From assembly GCF_009914755.1 (NCBI RefSeq), contig NC_060932.1: 64,000 nucleotides of DNA; one strand, written 5' to 3'. The notes below the pieces were generated by a model, which worked only from the letters and a program-made list of their open reading frames with translations, was not told the DNA's origin and did not search any database. A program made the translations under genes and the position numbers. Below, in pieces: positions 62,252 to 64,000 of the stretch (the stretch's first letter is position 1; each line of letters opens with the position of its first letter). The stretch comes from the human T2T-CHM13v2.0 reference genome, Homo sapiens.

Positions 62252-62928
62252 CTGATACAGAAAATATTGAGAGTTATTACAAAATCAACTTTACTCCTTA
62301 TTCTAATTACCGTGGTTATTCTCAGGGTAAATTTTCCTCTTACATGACAGTAGGCCCAATTGCTGAGCACTGTGTCAATACAGAAAGGAGTAAGCAGAGT
62401 ACAAATAAGAACTCAGAAGTTGATCTGCTGAAATTCTAGGAGTAAATGAGCAACCGCTCTCTGTGTAATAATGACTAAAGCAAGTGTCTAGCCACTGCAG
62501 CCACTGGATAGCCATGGAACCTCCCATCTATGAGATGGGAACCCAAATGAGCTCAAGGTATATTTGTTTCCCCCATCACAAAGCTAGTGAAAAGAGTAGC
62601 AACAGACAAGGATTTTCACCCTATTTACTTGCCCAGTGGTTACACCTTTATTTTTTGGATTGTCAGGATTAGTTAAGATTAGGAAGAAAGTATTTAAAAA
62701 TAAATGCAAGGAAGACACATATCCTTTATTTCCATGTAAAATCAGCAAGAGCAGACTCTGATATCCACAAAAGATCTCTCTATATTTCTAAAACAGTTAA
62801 CTGTTAACCAAGAAACAGCACATCCTTACATACTTGGCACTATTAATTTAGAAATACTGGCAATCTGCTAGCCATAAAAAATAATTGAGAGTGAGTTGGA
62901 TATAAAGAAAATTAAATACAACTTTTAC

Positions 62929-63003
62929 CTCTTCTCCACTTTCACTTTTCACAACTTGCTGAGCTTTCATAACCTTGGTTGATGCTATTGCTGATGCCAA
63001 AGC
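62929..63003 (-). CDS. ARMC1: ARMC1 penultimate exon, 75 nt ([25 protein letters not shown])
   Basis: Acceptor cttag|GCT at 63003, donor GAG|GTAAAA at 62929; joins neighbouring exons in frame; upstream intron is 84 nt. Confidence 0.95.
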
Positions 63004-63087
63004 CTAAGCCAAGATAAAAAGGAACAATTTTGAAATTGATTTGTTTACCTGTAATCTCAAGCATATTCAGTCTTTTAAAATACTTAC

Positions 63088-63204
63088 CTCAGCTTTCAAA
63101 TCTGAACGGATTCGCACCACACACCTTTGAACAGCCATTTGAAAAGTAAAGCTAATAACACCTTTAATTTTTAACAAAGCCTCTTCACATAGATTTCTCC
63201 GAGA
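63088..63204 (-). CDS. ARMC1: ARMC1 internal coding exon, 117 nt ([39 protein letters not shown])
   Basis: Peptide recognised as ARMC1; acceptor tttttcag before 63204 and donor GAG|GTAAGT after 63088; phase 0/0. Confidence 0.96.
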
Positions 63205-63544
63205 CTGAAAAAGTAAAAGCAAATTGTTATGAAAATAGGTAAATAAAAGGTAATAAATCAGTGAAAACCAAGCTATATTTTGGAGGGGGGAAGAGAGCAA
63301 ATGACCTATTTCAGTTTTACCATCTTATTTCAGGGCACAGAGTGGGGGAGTGCTTAGTCAAATTTTTTAAATTTTACAGGATCAACAGAATAGTAATTCC
63401 TGCTAAATTTTTAAAGCTTCAATACTAATATGTAGTTTTAATAATTTTTTATCAGAAAGAAGTTAGCCAATGTTAATTTACATCTTAAATAAAGCAGAAC
63501 ACAACACAGGGGGAAAAAATACCAAAAAGAAGAAAAGCAGAGGT

Positions 63545-63746
63545 TCTTCTAGCTCACGGGTGGGGAAAACTATAGTCCACCAGCTGTTTTTGTAACTAAG
63601 TTTTATTGAAACACAAGCACACCCACTTGTTAACATATTATCTGAGGCTAGTTTCACGCTAAGGCAGAGTTAGTAGTTATGACAGAGACCATCATGGTCT
63701 ACAAAGCCAAAAATATTTACTTTCTGGTCCTATAAAGAAAAGGTTT
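63545..63746. mobile_element. MER58A in ARMC1 intron
   Basis: taagttttattgaaacacaagc ... aagccaaaaatatttactttctggtcc. Confidence 0.8.

Positions 63747-64000
<254 letters not shown>

Noticed and set aside
63067-63300. 77-aa ORF as a separate gene
   Set aside because: ARMC1 exon plus flanking intron read in frame

Overview
Primate, most likely human, genomic DNA. The only protein-coding sequence is the 3' end of ARMC1 on the minus strand: three phase-0 exons (63088-63204, 62929-63003, 62060-62251) and a ~1.7 kb 3' UTR ending near 60360-60380. The rest is repeat-dense: about 40 Alu elements or fragments, several L1s including one nearly full-length old L1MA, L2/MIR, MaLR/ERVL LTRs and hAT MITEs. 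There is also a Y3 RNA pseudogene, a 3'-truncated 5S rRNA retrocopy, an orphan CpG island (~17.9-18.4 kb) and a good CTCF motif. From memory, not from the sequence, this interval downstream of ARMC1 carries a minus-strand lincRNA (LINC01299). I see no convincing new protein-coding system. The most unusual signals are (i) two inverted L1PA copies that share apparently private A>G variants while keeping separate TSDs, suggesting gene conversion or inversion toggling, and (ii) several short locally templated insertions and template-switch scars, one carrying a splice donor that may serve a lncRNA first exon. Repeat subfamily calls and boundaries were made by eye and are approximate.
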